In this document: one piece after another, positions 51,966 through 64,000 of the stretch | How the letters are laid out: every line of letters begins with the position of its first letter | How positions within the stretch are numbered: the stretch's first letter is position 1 | Source: Octopus vulgaris | Lineage: Eukaryota | DNA: 64,000 nt | Direction: 5' to 3' | Assembly: GCA_951406725.2 (NCBI GenBank) | Contig: OX597821.1 | Coordinates: 101,308,001 to 101,372,000, forward strand | The notes under the pieces: model-generated | What the model saw: the letters and a program-made list of their open reading frames with translations, nothing else | What the model was told of the DNA's origin: nothing | Databases searched by the model: none | Program-made: the position numbers and the translations under genes

Positions 51966-52779
51966 TGTTCTCTAGCATTCAGATTGTGTATAACCTAATA
52001 ATTTAAAGTGAATGATTTATCCATTTTTTTTTCCTTTCAATCATTGTGACCTAAAAAATTTACTTTTATAATGTTTATAGTCAAAATACCATCTTAAATA
52101 AAAGAAAAATACGTTTTAAATACTAGAAAAAAATAGATCTCGAAATGTAGTTTCAGAAACCTGTTTGAACAAATAGGACCTAGAATCCATTTAGAGATAA
52201 CATTGAACAGATAAGCTTCCATAATTGTACACAAGCAAAAACACATAAAAATACAAAAAACCCATGGTTTATTATTAAACAGGTAGTTGTTTCATAAAGG
52301 GTCTCTAAAAATGATGAAAAATTATAAAAATAATTTTCTGCTAAGCTTCAGCAAATTTATTTCAATTGCTTTTTGTTTCTTGTTGAAGCCTGTATTTCAA
52401 AATAATTTGCCATATCACGATACAATATGGTGATTAGTGTGGAAAGAGAGTTTGCTGTAACTAATTCAAGAGAAACTTCATTGGTATTGAGATATTGACT
52501 GTGTGAAAACTTATTCAATAACCCTATATAATAACTCTAGTAATTTCATTGTCTTAGATTGAGTTAGAAATTATGAGTCATTATTATGGTTTGATGCTCA
52601 TGTATTCATTAATATACAATAATAATGTTGATGATCTAATCAACTCTCATTGCTCTATAAATAGATCATGACTATAGAAATACTGCAGTTTACTTCTGCA
52701 TATAACAATATACAGCATGTTGTTATAAATATATGCTCCTAGACCACTTCAAGCAACCATTAACAGAAAAGCATTGCAC

Positions 52780-53220
52780 TATGCTGTGCCAAGAATCTCT
52801 CCCCCATTAGCTTTTGTAGGTCCTCAATTTCATGTTAGTGTATGTGTTTGCCAATTACATCAGTTTAGTTAAGTGGTCTTTGTCCTCTCTTAGGATTCAA
52901 AAGTCTCCAAAATATAACATTTGGTTGGCCTGATGTTCAGCCTCGTTGCTGTGGCCAACAAAACATACTTTTATTAAGTAACAATAGTGGAGAAAGGTGG
53001 AATGGGTCCATAATTTCTTCTAGGGTTCCTGAATTCATGCCATGTGATGTCTTGGGCTGTCATAAATCTTGTTATGTGTACTATCTTAGTCTCATGTATT
53101 TACCACTATAATCCCTCAATAACATAACACTATTACATATTCCACATATAACTACTCCCCATATCATCCACCATGCTTTTATATCCTATTAGCTGACAGT
53201 CTTAAATACCCAGTTTCCAT
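52780..53220 (-). mobile_element. Decayed RTE/RTE-X LINE C-terminal region
   Basis: Minus-strand FVGHS and RGQRPLN resemble R.AGH and RGRP motifs. Confidence 0.4.
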
Positions 53221-54610
53221 TAACACACCTATTTCTACTTAATGCTAATAATGTAGAACATATACAGTTACTATGTAACATTTGAATTCTCATACAAAAG
53301 CTTATTTATATTTTCCATTTTGAGAAATTGTGAAAAAAAATATTTAATTGTCCAAATATTGCTCACCTCTGCTTGCTGGCTACTTCTAATCATAATTATC
53401 ATCATGGACATCAATTTTTTCTAGCTTTATTTTTTTCTTTATTATAATATCTTTTATATTGATAATTTTTCTTTATTATAATAAATTATTATGAATTATT
53501 ATCTTCTTAAATTATTTATCATTCTCTGTCATTTTTTTAAAGTCTATCAAATTTCTGTTGTACTTTTATTGGTATTCTGCCAACATCCTCTGATTTCAGT
53601 GTATCTAAAAATAACCTTGTTGCCACAAAGATATCTGTTAAATTTTCTAAAATTCTTTATTGCATCATTCCTAGGAATAATGTTAGCATTTCTGTCTGAT
53701 TGATTCTAAAACCATTGTTAGAAATCAATTGATAATCCTTGTTTTGAGAGCTGGCAACTAGTTACTGCCAGTATGCTTTTGACAGAACTTTGAACTTTAA
53801 TCCTTTCAGTTTGGATCCTCAATAAAATTCTATCATAAAAGCTTTGCAATGTTAATTTTTGCTATGATTGATTTTATTCAGTAGCTTTACTAATTCTCCT
53901 ATTTTTGCAACAGACCATTTGATATAGAATTCCAAAATTCTCTTATATGTTATTAAATATTAGATTAAAAATGATATTTTGAAAGTTATCACTTTTTTTT
54001 TTTTATTTTTTCCTTTTGAAAGCAGTATATGTAATATATGCATAAAAATATCTCATAGGAATGGACTAAGAATATTGTTGCTTGTTGAGTGGATACAGTT
54101 GAGCAACATTTCAGCTATGTATTTTATTAACCCTATATACACTAAATAAATCTTCATAATACTCAAACTGCATCTTGATTATGTATATCATTTACTTTTA
54201 TTATGTATATATAACTTTTACTATATTAATTTGTTGACATAATTTAATTTTGTTAAAGTTATATAATCCACAATTTCATCATGAATCAAATCTCTACAAA
54301 ATATTGGCTATTACCCAATTCTGTTGCTATGCAGCAACAGAAGTTAGGTTAAATTATGCATTTAACTTGTTGCTGTGTCAAAAGTTAGGATATGGGGACA
54401 AACTTTTACCCTAATCTTTACTAGAAATTATAAGTGGAAAGTTCTTTATCATTTGCCATTCTTCTTTCTAAATATCAGCATATTATAAACAGTTTAATTT
54501 CTTTCATGTTGCTATGGATCAGCTGAGTTTAAAAACTGGACATAAAATCTTAGCTATCTATAGTCATCTTTTGTTAGCTTCAGCTTTCTTATATCAAGTT
54601 TATGCTACAA

Positions 54611-54700
54611 TCTCTCTCTCTCTCTCCCTCTCCCCCCTCTCTCTCTCCCTCTCTCTTTCCCCCCCCTCTCTCTCTCTTTCTCTCTCCCCCTCTCTCTCTT
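54611..54700. repeat. Imperfect (CT)n polypyrimidine tract
   Basis: Direct reading. Confidence 0.9.
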
Positions 54701-55445
54701 CACCTGATGCCTCTCTGGTTTTTAGCTGCTTTCTAAGCTTGACTAAACTCAGTCAATCCTTCAGATTTACATTGCACATCCTGCAGATTATAGTAATCTG
54801 ATTCCACTTCAGCCTTAACAAGTCTTTTGTTGTATAATTTCACTATGGTAAGATGATATATTATAGCATCAAATACATGATTCTTGACTCATGCAATTGT
54901 TCTTTCCTAAATATTGAGAATTTTTCTTTGTTTTGCTTTTTATTCTGTGTCTTTTTTTCTTTGCTTTTTTTTAAAAATAAAATGGACGTTTTTCTTTTCT
55001 ACTTCACATGACATCAGTTAAAAGGTGTCTCCTTCCAACACTAATTAGGTTACATACTGGATAACAAATCAGCTATTACAATTCATTATCTTAATCCTGA
55101 CAAAACACACACACACACATCAATAAGCATGTGTGTGCACATGCTGTGTTTGTATTTGGTTCATTGAAATTGTTCACTCATAGGAAATAAACTCATTGCA
55201 TTCAATTTTGCTGTGCAAAACAAACATCAGCTTTGCAAAAGGTAAATTTTTAAATAAACTTAACGCTTTTATCTTAAGTCCTGCTTTGCAAAGCAAAAAC
55301 TATCAGCTATGAATGATTCACTTTTATTTCAAAGTGCTTCATGTGCTCCATTTTCATAGTGTACTCCAAGGAAGACAATGCTGCTGTGTTTAGCATAAAC
55401 CAAATATATAACATATCTGTTCCATACATTAACATCTAGTCATAT

Positions 55446-55793
55446 TTGCTTTGCAACCACGTGGATTTGGGTTCAGTCCCACTGTGTGGCACCTCAAATA
55501 AGTGTCTCGTATTGTAGCCCCAGGCCAACCAATGCCTTGTTAGTGAATTTGATAAATGAAAACTGTGTGGAAGCCCATCATATATATGTGCGTGTGTCTG
55601 TGTTTGTCCTCACCACCACTTAGCAATCAGTGTAAGTTTGTTTACATCCCCATAACTTAGAAGTTGCCAAAAGAGATTGATAGAATAAGTAAGAGACTTA
55701 AAAATAAGTACTGAGATCAATTTGTTCCCTAAACCCTAGAAGGTGGTGCCCCAGCATGGCCACAATCCAATGACTGAAACAAGAGATAAAAGA
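55446..55793 (+). mobile_element. SINE family A
   Basis: gggttcagtcccactgtgtggcacc...aaggtggtgccccagcatggccacaatccaatgactgaaac. Confidence 0.8.
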
Positions 55794-56159
55794 TTCCATT
55801 CCATAGTTATATTCAAGAATCCTACATAAATCAAAAAGCAGCTCATAGTTTAAGTAATAGTTTATGTTATTACATTATTCTATATTTTTGCTGTCGCATT
55901 CTTCATTATCGTTGTTTAATGTTCACTTTCTGTGCTGGTATGGGTGGGATGGCTCATTATTGTCTGAGTTCTCACTCAGAGTTGCTACTCTCCCAGAGGA
56001 TCATGTCTCACTCACTATGGTTGGATGCTGCTCTTCCTATCATCAACCACTCTACAATGCATACTGAGTGTACTGGGTGCATTTTATTTTGGCACCAGCT
56101 CTAGTGAAGTTGGTTTTTACCTTGTAAGACAAAAATGTTCTTGCTACTCTATTTGTTCA

Positions 56160-56700
56160 CTCAAGGCAATATGACCAAGAAGATGAACAGCAGAGAGACT
56201 GCTGACAGAAGAACCAGAATAGGAGGGTGAAGGGAACAAAAGTTTGATGGTAGAAACAGTGATTGAGATGAGAGGGTGGTAGAAGGAAAAAAGAGTGATG
56301 GGTAGTAATTATGGTAGACAGAGGAAGTCGATAACAAATATCTTGGGGAGAGGGAGTAATGATTAGCAGTATAGAAAGGGTGATGATAATGAGTTGGGTA
56401 CAAACATTTCTGGTACAATCCTTTACACATAGGCTTTGTGATGGACAAGAAACAGGGTGATAAGGATGATGGTAGGAAGATGGAATGCAAGCATTTCCAA
56501 TACCATCCCTTGTTACATAAGCAGCATGATACTATAATTAGGAGAGACTTATTTTTATTACAGCAGTAAGATTGTACATGAATAGAAGAGAGAGCATAGA
56601 GGAGATTAGTGATAGAGAGATGGAAGGAATCAAGGAGGCAGAGTAAACTGCTGTTGTGGACTTTACAGAAGTATATTGAGCAAGAGACCAGAATGTAATT
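56160..56700 (-). mobile_element. Decayed Penelope-like GIY-YIG region
   Basis: SLLIIVSCCLCNKGWYW resembles N.IY.I.C..C...YIG; LFIFLVILP resembles LIF.L.TL.P; explains ORF 56161-56862. Confidence 0.45.
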
Positions 56701-57110
56701 CATCACCATCGCCATTCTCATTTTAACATTTTCTTTTCCTTGCTCACATGGGTTGAATAGAATTTGTTGTGGCAGATTTTCTAGTTTGATGCCCTTCCTG
56801 TTGCCAACCCTCACCTGTTTCCGAGTAAGAAAATGTTTTTGTATGACTAAACATATTTTCACAGAAGATTGGAAACAAAGGGTACCACTTGCATGATGGT
56901 GTCACTTTCTTATGACTGTCATACAATATCAAGACAAGGAGACAGTGACACACACTCACACACACAGCATTTTCTTGTCTCCATCTATCAAATTCACTCG
57001 CAAGGCTTTGGTCAGCCTGGGGTTATAGTAGAAGACACCTGCCCAAGGTACTATGCAATAGGACTGAACTCAAAACCATAGGGTTGTGAAGCAAACTTCA
57101 TACCACGCAA
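56701..57110 (-). mobile_element. SINE family B
   Basis: gatgcccttcctgttgccaaccctcacctgttt...tagtagaagacacctgcccaagg. Confidence 0.75.
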
Positions 57111-57134
57111 TCACCATCTTCTATCACTACTACT

Positions 57135-57535
57135 ATTTTTAACATTCATTTTGCTATGCTTGCATAGGTGGGAAGATCTCCAGCACTGCATATTGATAGG
57201 CACCTTGGTTTTTTTTGTCATTTCTGCAAGATTCAGGGTCCTAAGATCAGCCTTCACCACTTCATCCATTTTCCACTAGTTCCATCCACTTTAGGTGACC
57301 TGCACTTCTTTATACAGCTGTCAACCACTATATGCGTCACATGCCCATATCAACATAGTGTTTTCTCTTGCACACTCTATTTTATTCCTTTTAAATTCAG
57401 TTTTTCTCTTGGCTTGTTTGTACTCTGTTGTTCATGCACACTAATATTTACACATCCAGTGAAGCATACTCACTTTATTTCTTTCTAGTCTTTATAAATC
57501 CTCTGCATGTAAGGCCCACAGCCCACTAACATGCA
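57135..57535 (-). mobile_element. RTE-LINE fragment
   Basis: cttcaccacttcatcc and cacatgcccatatcaacatag match the reverse RTE C-terminus (W.EVVK, YGHV) at 22960-23100. Confidence 0.6.
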
Positions 57536-58233
57536 GCAAAACTAAACTATACAAATATCATTTCAGTTATATTATTAAAAAAAAATAATAAAGCTTTTTC
57601 TTTTCATAAAATCCTCTTCATAAACATTATTTGCACCTTTTGATTTTAAGATTATTGGATTGTTGTAATTCCATAAAAAAGATGGTGACAGAATAATGAT
57701 ATTCTCCAATATCATTCTTTTACACAGATTTAGCAAAACTCTTTGTTCCCACTAAATTTACTATTTTAAAATTGTCATTGAAATTATATCATTTTATTAA
57801 AAAAATCATTTTCTGTTTATTTTCTGGTGTTAATTTGGAATTATTCCATAAAATTTTCTACATACAGAACGTACTGTCTTTGTTCAGACTGAGCTTATCA
57901 TTACATTTCTAATCTAATTTCTAATTTTATTAAATTAATATTTTACCTGTTTATCCTCTTTGGGGCAATCTTTTGCAGAGAAACAACCAAACAATATTTC
58001 TGGTATTTTTTTTTATATTATTGTCACAAAGAGTTGAAAGACAAATCTCTGGGATTTGAACTTAGAATGTTGAAAGTTGGAACCAAATACTGCAAAGTAT
58101 TTAGTTTCACTTCTATTTTTTCAGTCTTACAACCATTCCGTTTTTGCTGAGTTGAATCTATGAACCAATTCTGTTATTTATTCATACCATTTTAACTTCA
58201 GTGTCTGACTTTAAAGAATTCTAGCAGATTAAC

Positions 58234-58652
58234 AAAGGCGGCAAGCTGGCAGAAACGTTAGCACACCGGGCGAAATGCGTAACCGTATTTCGTCTGCTGT
58301 TACGTTCTGAGTTCAAATTCCGCCAAGGTCGACTTTGCCTTTCATCCTTTCGAGGTCGATTAAATAAGTACCAGTTACGCACTGGGGTCGATATAATCGA
58401 CTTAATCCGTTTGTCCGTCCTTGTTTGTCCTCTCTGTGTTTAGCCCCTTGTGGGTAGTAAAGAAATAGGTATTTCGTCTGTCGCTACGTTCTGAGTTCAA
58501 ATTCCGCCGAGGTCGACTTTGCCTTTCATCCTTTCGGGGTCGATTAAATAAGTACCAGTTACGCACTGGGGTCGATATAATTGACTTAATCCGTTTGTCT
58601 GTCCTTGTTTGTCCTCTCTGTGTTTAGCCTCTTGTGGGTAGTAAAGAAATAG
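58234..58652 (+). mobile_element. Young SINE family C with a tandem 184-bp duplication of its body
   Basis: Head aaggcggcaagctggcagaaacgttagcac; units 58285-58468 and 58469-58652; TSD agattaac at 58226-58233 and 58651-58658; CpG-rich. Confidence 0.9.
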
Positions 58653-58849
58653 ATTAACTATATTTCTGATTTGAGCCTACTTTACACCTATCTAAGATTA
58701 GCAATTTGTTCTGTTCTTACAACATTGCATAAAAAAATTCCATGAAGCTAGATTAACAATTCTTTCCAAACCAACAAGATGTTTTTTTAATATAAATGTT
58801 CAAATATTTTGATTCAAACCATTTATGTGTTTACTGTATTCACTTTCAG

Positions 58850-58934
58850 TAATATCTTCCTTGGTGAAACATTCTCCAGCTATATCAGTGTCCATAATGA
58901 TAGCACACAGCTTTGTCGGGATATAGCAGTAAAG
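58850..58934 (+). CDS. TRAPPC13: TRAPPC13 internal exon (85 nt, phase 2 to 0)
   Basis: Acceptor cactttcag|, donor AAG|gtcagt; (G)[28 protein letters not shown] continues in frame from 44480 (GG|T). Confidence 0.95.
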
Positions 58935-59439
58935 GTCAGTATACTTTACAGTGAAAATCTTTTCTTTTTTTGTCATATATTATCTTTTAACAACAGGTTA
59001 CTAAGTGCAGCAAAATGAAAAGAAAACAAATTGTAACAATCCCAAATTCATAGACAATTTGGTTTAAATTTACACAACTGGATGGTGTAATGCTGATTTA
59101 GTTGTTTTCTTATTAAGACTAATTTTGTTTAAATTATGTTGATTTTTATCTCTCAAGCTCTGTAATTTTGATTAATAGCATGTGCCTTCAGATTTCTCAG
59201 TTAAGACAGGAAGTTTCATTTTCTAGCTTTCAACTGCCTTTAGTTCAGATTCTCCTCCAGTATACATATAAATTTAGATCAGGCCCTTGTTAAGTATATG
59301 TCCTGTGGTATATGTCTGCATAGGATTTCCTCATAGTATTTCCTCATCCGACTTGAGCTTTAATTAGCTTTCAATTCTCTTAATTCACATTGTTTGAATA
59401 TATTTCTTTTTTTCTTTTCCTTTTATATACTCTAGATAG

Positions 59440-60110
59440 CTTACAGATAGTACAAGAAAATTGCACATCAACTTTGAGTATCACTGTTTTGCAATTATTC
59501 ATGCTGACTATTAACATTATGTTTTGATGTGAAGTAAGCAGTGAGAGAGCCAGCTGAAATCCAACAGGCTTTAAATATATTCAAGCTATTTGTTTTGTCA
59601 TCAAGTTTAATACAGATTTTTATGATGAATCTAAATTATATGGAGGATAGAATCATTTTCAGTGGTTAATTATTCATCATTGAGACACAATGTACCAGAT
59701 TAGCGAAGAGATTCTACCCAAAAGGATTTGGCTATAGAAATCAAGTGATCAGTAGTAAATACGGTATCTACTAATCTATTGTATTCTTTTATATCTTGTC
59801 TAAAATCTCTTCTGGTTTTATACTGCAAGTTAATTGGAATTGGATATCTGTCAAATATAGAATATATATTTGAGAACAATCCAATTAAGACATGTGCAAG
59901 AAAATTGTTTGTATTTGCTGTTTGAGCTGTGAAAAGTATCACACTCAATGTGCAGTGGCTACCATGTGTTAGAGAAAGGACTGAATTAACTATAGTTGTT
60001 CAATCCATTCTGCTTGATATTGAAATCACAAAGCTACTTTGAGGTTAAAATCAAAGGCTGGATTTGACACACTGAGTTATTGCAATAACAGCATGAAGTA
60101 ACAGCAGGCT
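59440..60110 (+). mobile_element. Possible decayed RTE-like LINE C-terminal region
   Basis: Fragments such as EDRI and RLAKRFYPK loosely resemble W.DRV and R....R.PK. Confidence 0.3.
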
Positions 60111-60244
60111 GTTACTTCAACAGCATGGGGGAAGAGGCCACTGTAGATCAAAAAGAAACCCATTCCACCCTGGCCCTTTCTCTATTATTTTAACCCATTT
60201 TTTTCCTCTCATCCCCTGGTATTTAGTCCCCCCACCCCGCCAGC

Positions 60245-60470
60245 GTTCATAGTCTTGCAAACTGCATAACAGCCTCACTAGTGCTAGTGACACAAAAAAA
60301 AGCATGCAGTCATGTTGTAAAGTGGTTGGTATTAGGAACAACTTGCAACCGTAAAATCCATGCCCAAAACAGTCACTGGAGCATGATGCAGTCCATGGAC
60401 CCATTGAATTCTCTCAAACCATCCAATCGATGCCATCATGGAATATGGATGTTAAATGATAGTGATGATG
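60245..60470 (+). mobile_element. RTE-LINE 3' end
   Basis: tgtaaagtggttggtattaggaa...catggaatatggatgttaaatgatagtgatgat. Confidence 0.7.
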
Positions 60471-60479
60471 TTGTTGAAG

Positions 60480-61900
60480 TAATGAACTTGGCACAACCTC
60501 ATATGAGCAGGTTTACATGGTCTTGCCTTTGGAATCAGTGCATGTGTTTGGTGTTAGGTGTGTTGCTTGTATGTGGGTGATACTTAGCTACCAAAGACTA
60601 GGTGTAAATACAGACTGATGTAATCTGTTGCAGTGAGCATTGTTGGAGGTGACAGCAGGTATGTAATTGATGCACAGGAGTGCAGATAGAAAACTAAACT
60701 TTCCAGCACACTAGAGTTGATAGCATGAGTCAGAGAGAATTTTATCAGCACTTTATGCAACAGTACAATCTTACAAAAAGCTTCTGATCTAAGAGAAAAA
60801 TTATGAATGGTGACCAACAGCATGCAGTTTTGCTAAATTAGCAAGCCAGACATGTTGAATATTTTACTGATGCAAAGTGCAACAATTGTTTTTGCCAGAT
60901 TTCTCATAAGAAGGATCTACTACTGAGTGACAGCAGAGTTGGTCTGGCTTTACAAAAAGTATGCTGTTGGTTGTTAAAGAGAAAGAAGGTTTTTGATGTT
61001 GTAGAAGGTGGTTGTTAATAACTAACTCTATCACATTTGAGGTGTTGGAAATGAGAGTAATAGGATGGTTGGTGGAAGAATCAGAAGTATATCCCATTCT
61101 TGGGAATGGGATATACTGTAGCATATCTTCAAAGATCAGGATAAATTCCTACAGAAAGAAAAAGAGAGGTTGAAATGTTTGGCAGTAATAGAGACTAGCA
61201 CATGGTCACATTATATGAGGGTAATAGAAGGGACATTATATGAGGGTAATAGAAGGGACATTATTAGGGTTGACAATCATGTCAGTCTGAAACAACCACA
61301 GCTGTTTTTGCACTTCCTGTGTATGTGTACATGAAAGTGGGCTTCAGAGAGTACAAAGGGATAGTTTTGAAAGAGTTTTATATAATGTGTGCAGTGCAGA
61401 CTTGAATAAAAGGAATGTGAAGACTATGCCCAAAGGAGTACTGCTTACAGGACCATCATGATTGAAAAGTAGAATGAAGGAGGATTCCATAAAGTTAGAA
61501 GAGATCTTTTTGTAAGGGACCAAAAAAAGGAATGTAGGGGTGCTTGTGGCTGTGTAATAAAAGGCAGCATCTTTTACCTAGCTCCACAGCTCCTACAGCA
61601 ATGATTGTCTTGCAGGAGTTGTGGGGCTAGGTATAAAGATTGCATGATTTTCTACAAGCATTGTAGGCCATGTTCTTTGTCTAAACTACTACAGCACAGC
61701 TATGAGAGAACCACTCATGGAATTTGAGGTGTATGCAGGATATAAGGACATGCCTAAGATAATAGCCATCTTTGATGGATCAGTACTTTTACTGTCATAT
61801 ATATGTGTGTGTGTGTATGTGTATGAAATATTTGTATTGTCAAAGATAGTTATCATTGAACAGATAGAGATCCAACTGGGCTGAGAAGTTGAAGTGCATG
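60480..61900 (-). mobile_element. Decayed CR1/L2/Jockey-like LINE RT region
   Basis: SDSSTNHPITLISNTSNVIELVINNHLL and QHTFCKAR correspond to D.SNYRPI.L.S..SKV.E..IN and QYGFR..R. Confidence 0.7.
61569..61640. repeat. Near-perfect ~72-bp palindrome/hairpin
   Basis: acctagctccacagctcctaca (61576-61597) pairs with tgcaggagttgtggggctaggt (61611-61632) with 2 G:U and 1 mismatch. Confidence 0.85.
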
Positions 61901-62956
61901 ATGATATGCCAATGGTTTTTTACATTAGATTTATGGTTCTGCATTCAAATTCCTCCATAAATATTAAGTCCACTTAATAATTCATCCTTTCAAACGTAAT
62001 GAAAATCGTTCTTGTTGCTAAGAGAAATAATTATCGAAATACGACAATTGATAATCTGTTATTCTAACTAAACCATTCATTGACAGTCTAATTTGATCTG
62101 AACCATTCATTGGAATAAAATTCTACTTTGGTCAAACTGAAAAGAAAAATTACTTTAGCAGTCATGACTGTTTAGTATTTTCTTGCAGACTATGCTGACA
62201 TTTTTGTGTAAAACATCAATTATAGCTACAAATATTACTATAAATATCAATAAGATTAGAAATCAATATTAAAAATTCAAAGGAAATGGATTTCATTGTG
62301 AACTTGTATTCAATTGGTTTCTCTACAAAAATCAAAATGTCAAGATGTGGGACAACTTTATTTGTTTCTATACAATGTCATTGTTCTTTAAGTAGTGTAT
62401 ATAATCTATAGATTTTAATATTGTTGGCTTTATAATTCTTATGCCATTTTAAATTTAATTGTTAGCAATTTCATAATCCCTGTATTTCATCTAACAATGA
62501 AGTTGTAGGCTGCAACCAATATTGATGAAGCAAATTATTTTAATCCAAAATTTTATGTTTTTGTTTTGTTTTCTTTTTTAAATATATTGTTGATAAAATG
62601 CATTTTGTAAGCTTTATTTTGAAAATTGCATTCAGATTTCTTTTTTTTTTTACCTTCATAAAAAATAATTATCAAATTAATAACTTGCAACTATTGTTAT
62701 AGTTTAGTTTCATTGTTGAATTTATAAACAACATTTTTCTTCTTTTTTTTTTTAATTCTATAATAATCTGGTAGAAATCAATTAGTCATATTGTGTGTGA
62801 AAGGTCTTCTTTAATGTCAAGTTAGATATCATTTCGACATGAATCTTCATATAGAAAATGTATTGATTAAAAAAAAATTCTGATAAAGAGATAGTTTTCC
62901 CTTATTTATTTCTTAGAGTTAGAAACTAATATCCTTATTTTTATTAGGTTTACAAA

Positions 62957-63056
62957 TGTGTTAGCTAGCTAAGCCTATATAATTTTATTGTGTTAGCTAG
63001 CTAAGCCTATATAATTTTATATCTATGCATCCTCTTAGTAAGAGGATGCATAGATA
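62957..63056. repeat. 32-bp tandem duplication abutting a perfect 18-bp-arm palindrome
   Basis: tgtgttagctagctaagcctatataattttat x2, then tatctatgcatcctctta-g-taagaggatgcatagata. Confidence 0.95.
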
Positions 63057-63514
63057 ACTTGGTAAATTGTATGCATCATTTTGATTATAATTATTGAAGA
63101 GATATTTATAAATCATAAAGTATCAAACATTTTTCCAAAAGCTTATGCAATAGAAAGTTGCACTTATAATTTGCTGTATTTTCTCTGAGAGAAAATGCAC
63201 CTAACTCATCTTTTTTAATTTGTCCCTTATTATTTAAAGGTTCTTTTTCAAGTGGTAGACGAAATTGCATTCAGTATATCAAAATAGATTTAGGCTTACA
63301 GCAGAATTAGCTTTTACTGGTTGAAGGTTTTAGTAAATCTGTCACTATTTTTATTGCCTTTCTTTTTCTTTCTGTCTTTATATTTTTCTTTTCATCACTC
63401 AGTCTATTGTAATATATGTATGTAATATTCCTTTTTCTAAAACATGTGAAGAAAAAATAAACTTTGTCCAAAATAAAACACAACCTCCCGGCCGACGCAG
63501 GCGATAGCATTTTA

Positions 63515-63748
63515 GGAGGCGCAATGGCCCAGTGGTTAGGGCAGCGGACTTGCGGTCGGAGGATCGCGGTTTCGATTCCCAGACCGGGCGTTGTGTGTGT
63601 TTATTGAGCGAAAACACCTAAAAGCTCCACGAGGCTCCGGCAGGGGATGGTGGTGATCCCTGCTGTACTCTTTCACCACTCTAAAGGCGGTGCTCCAGCA
63701 TGGCCGCAGTCAAATGACTGAAACAAGTACCAAAAAAAAAAAAAAAAA
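63515..63748 (+). mobile_element. Chimeric tRNA-derived SINE (distinct head plus family-A tail, poly-A)
   Basis: A-box tggcccagtgg, B-box ggtttcgattccc; 63681-63729 identical to family-A tail 43337-43385; followed by an A-run. Confidence 0.85.
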
Positions 63749-64000
63749 CCAAAAAAAAACCTTAATTTTTTCCTTGCATCACATATGTGAATTCAGTGAA
63801 TAAATTAGATATGGTCACTTTTTGTTTTGTATCTCCAAATAAATTACTTGAAAATCATCTTGATCTGAGGATAGCATGTGACAGTCAGACAGCGAAACAT
63901 AGCTCTTTATAATATAGATTTATGAAAATATGTCATATTGTCTTGAAAATGTTTGCATGGATTTTACAAGTTATATCGCTTAGATATTACTTGGCACATA

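Noticed and set aside
56161-56862. Longest ORF in the track (233 aa)
   Set aside because: Runs across a SINE-B tail and a decayed PLE-like relic; not a gene
61208-61264. 25-bp tandem duplication acattatatgagggtaatagaaggg
   Set aside because: Ordinary slippage duplication inside a dead LINE
63515-63590. Possible tRNA gene
   Set aside because: A/B boxes are present but there is no proper acceptor stem and it continues into a SINE body and tail
58935-64000. Next TRAPPC13 exon (expected ADLQT..QR)
   Set aside because: No matching frame after any acceptor found by eye; presumably beyond the window

Overview
AT-rich, microsatellite-laden, repeat-dense eukaryotic DNA. The SINE/LINE repertoire suggests a coleoid cephalopod, most likely Octopus (inference from recalled repeat families, not a database result). 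The one firmly identified host gene is TRAPPC13 on the + strand: two N-terminal coding exons (44312-44480 and 58850-58934) splice in frame across a 14.4 kb intron; its first coding exon and later exons were not located. An unidentified + strand exon lies at 5235-5318/5368, with a weaker candidate near 29.7 kb. The rest is mostly transposon debris: three tRNA-derived SINE families plus a chimera, RTE and CR1/Jockey-like LINE remnants, Penelope-like (PLE) fragments, a full-length dead Buster/SPIN-type hAT with TIRs and TSD, hAT and TTAA MITEs, and a mariner that captured a copy of neighbouring DNA. The most striking structure is a perfect 98-bp inverted repeat inside a (TA)n tract (7726-7977) in which each arm carries a complete type I hammerhead ribozyme fold. 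Almost all ORFs in the supplied track are spurious or TE-derived. Boundaries of decayed repeats are approximate (read by eye).
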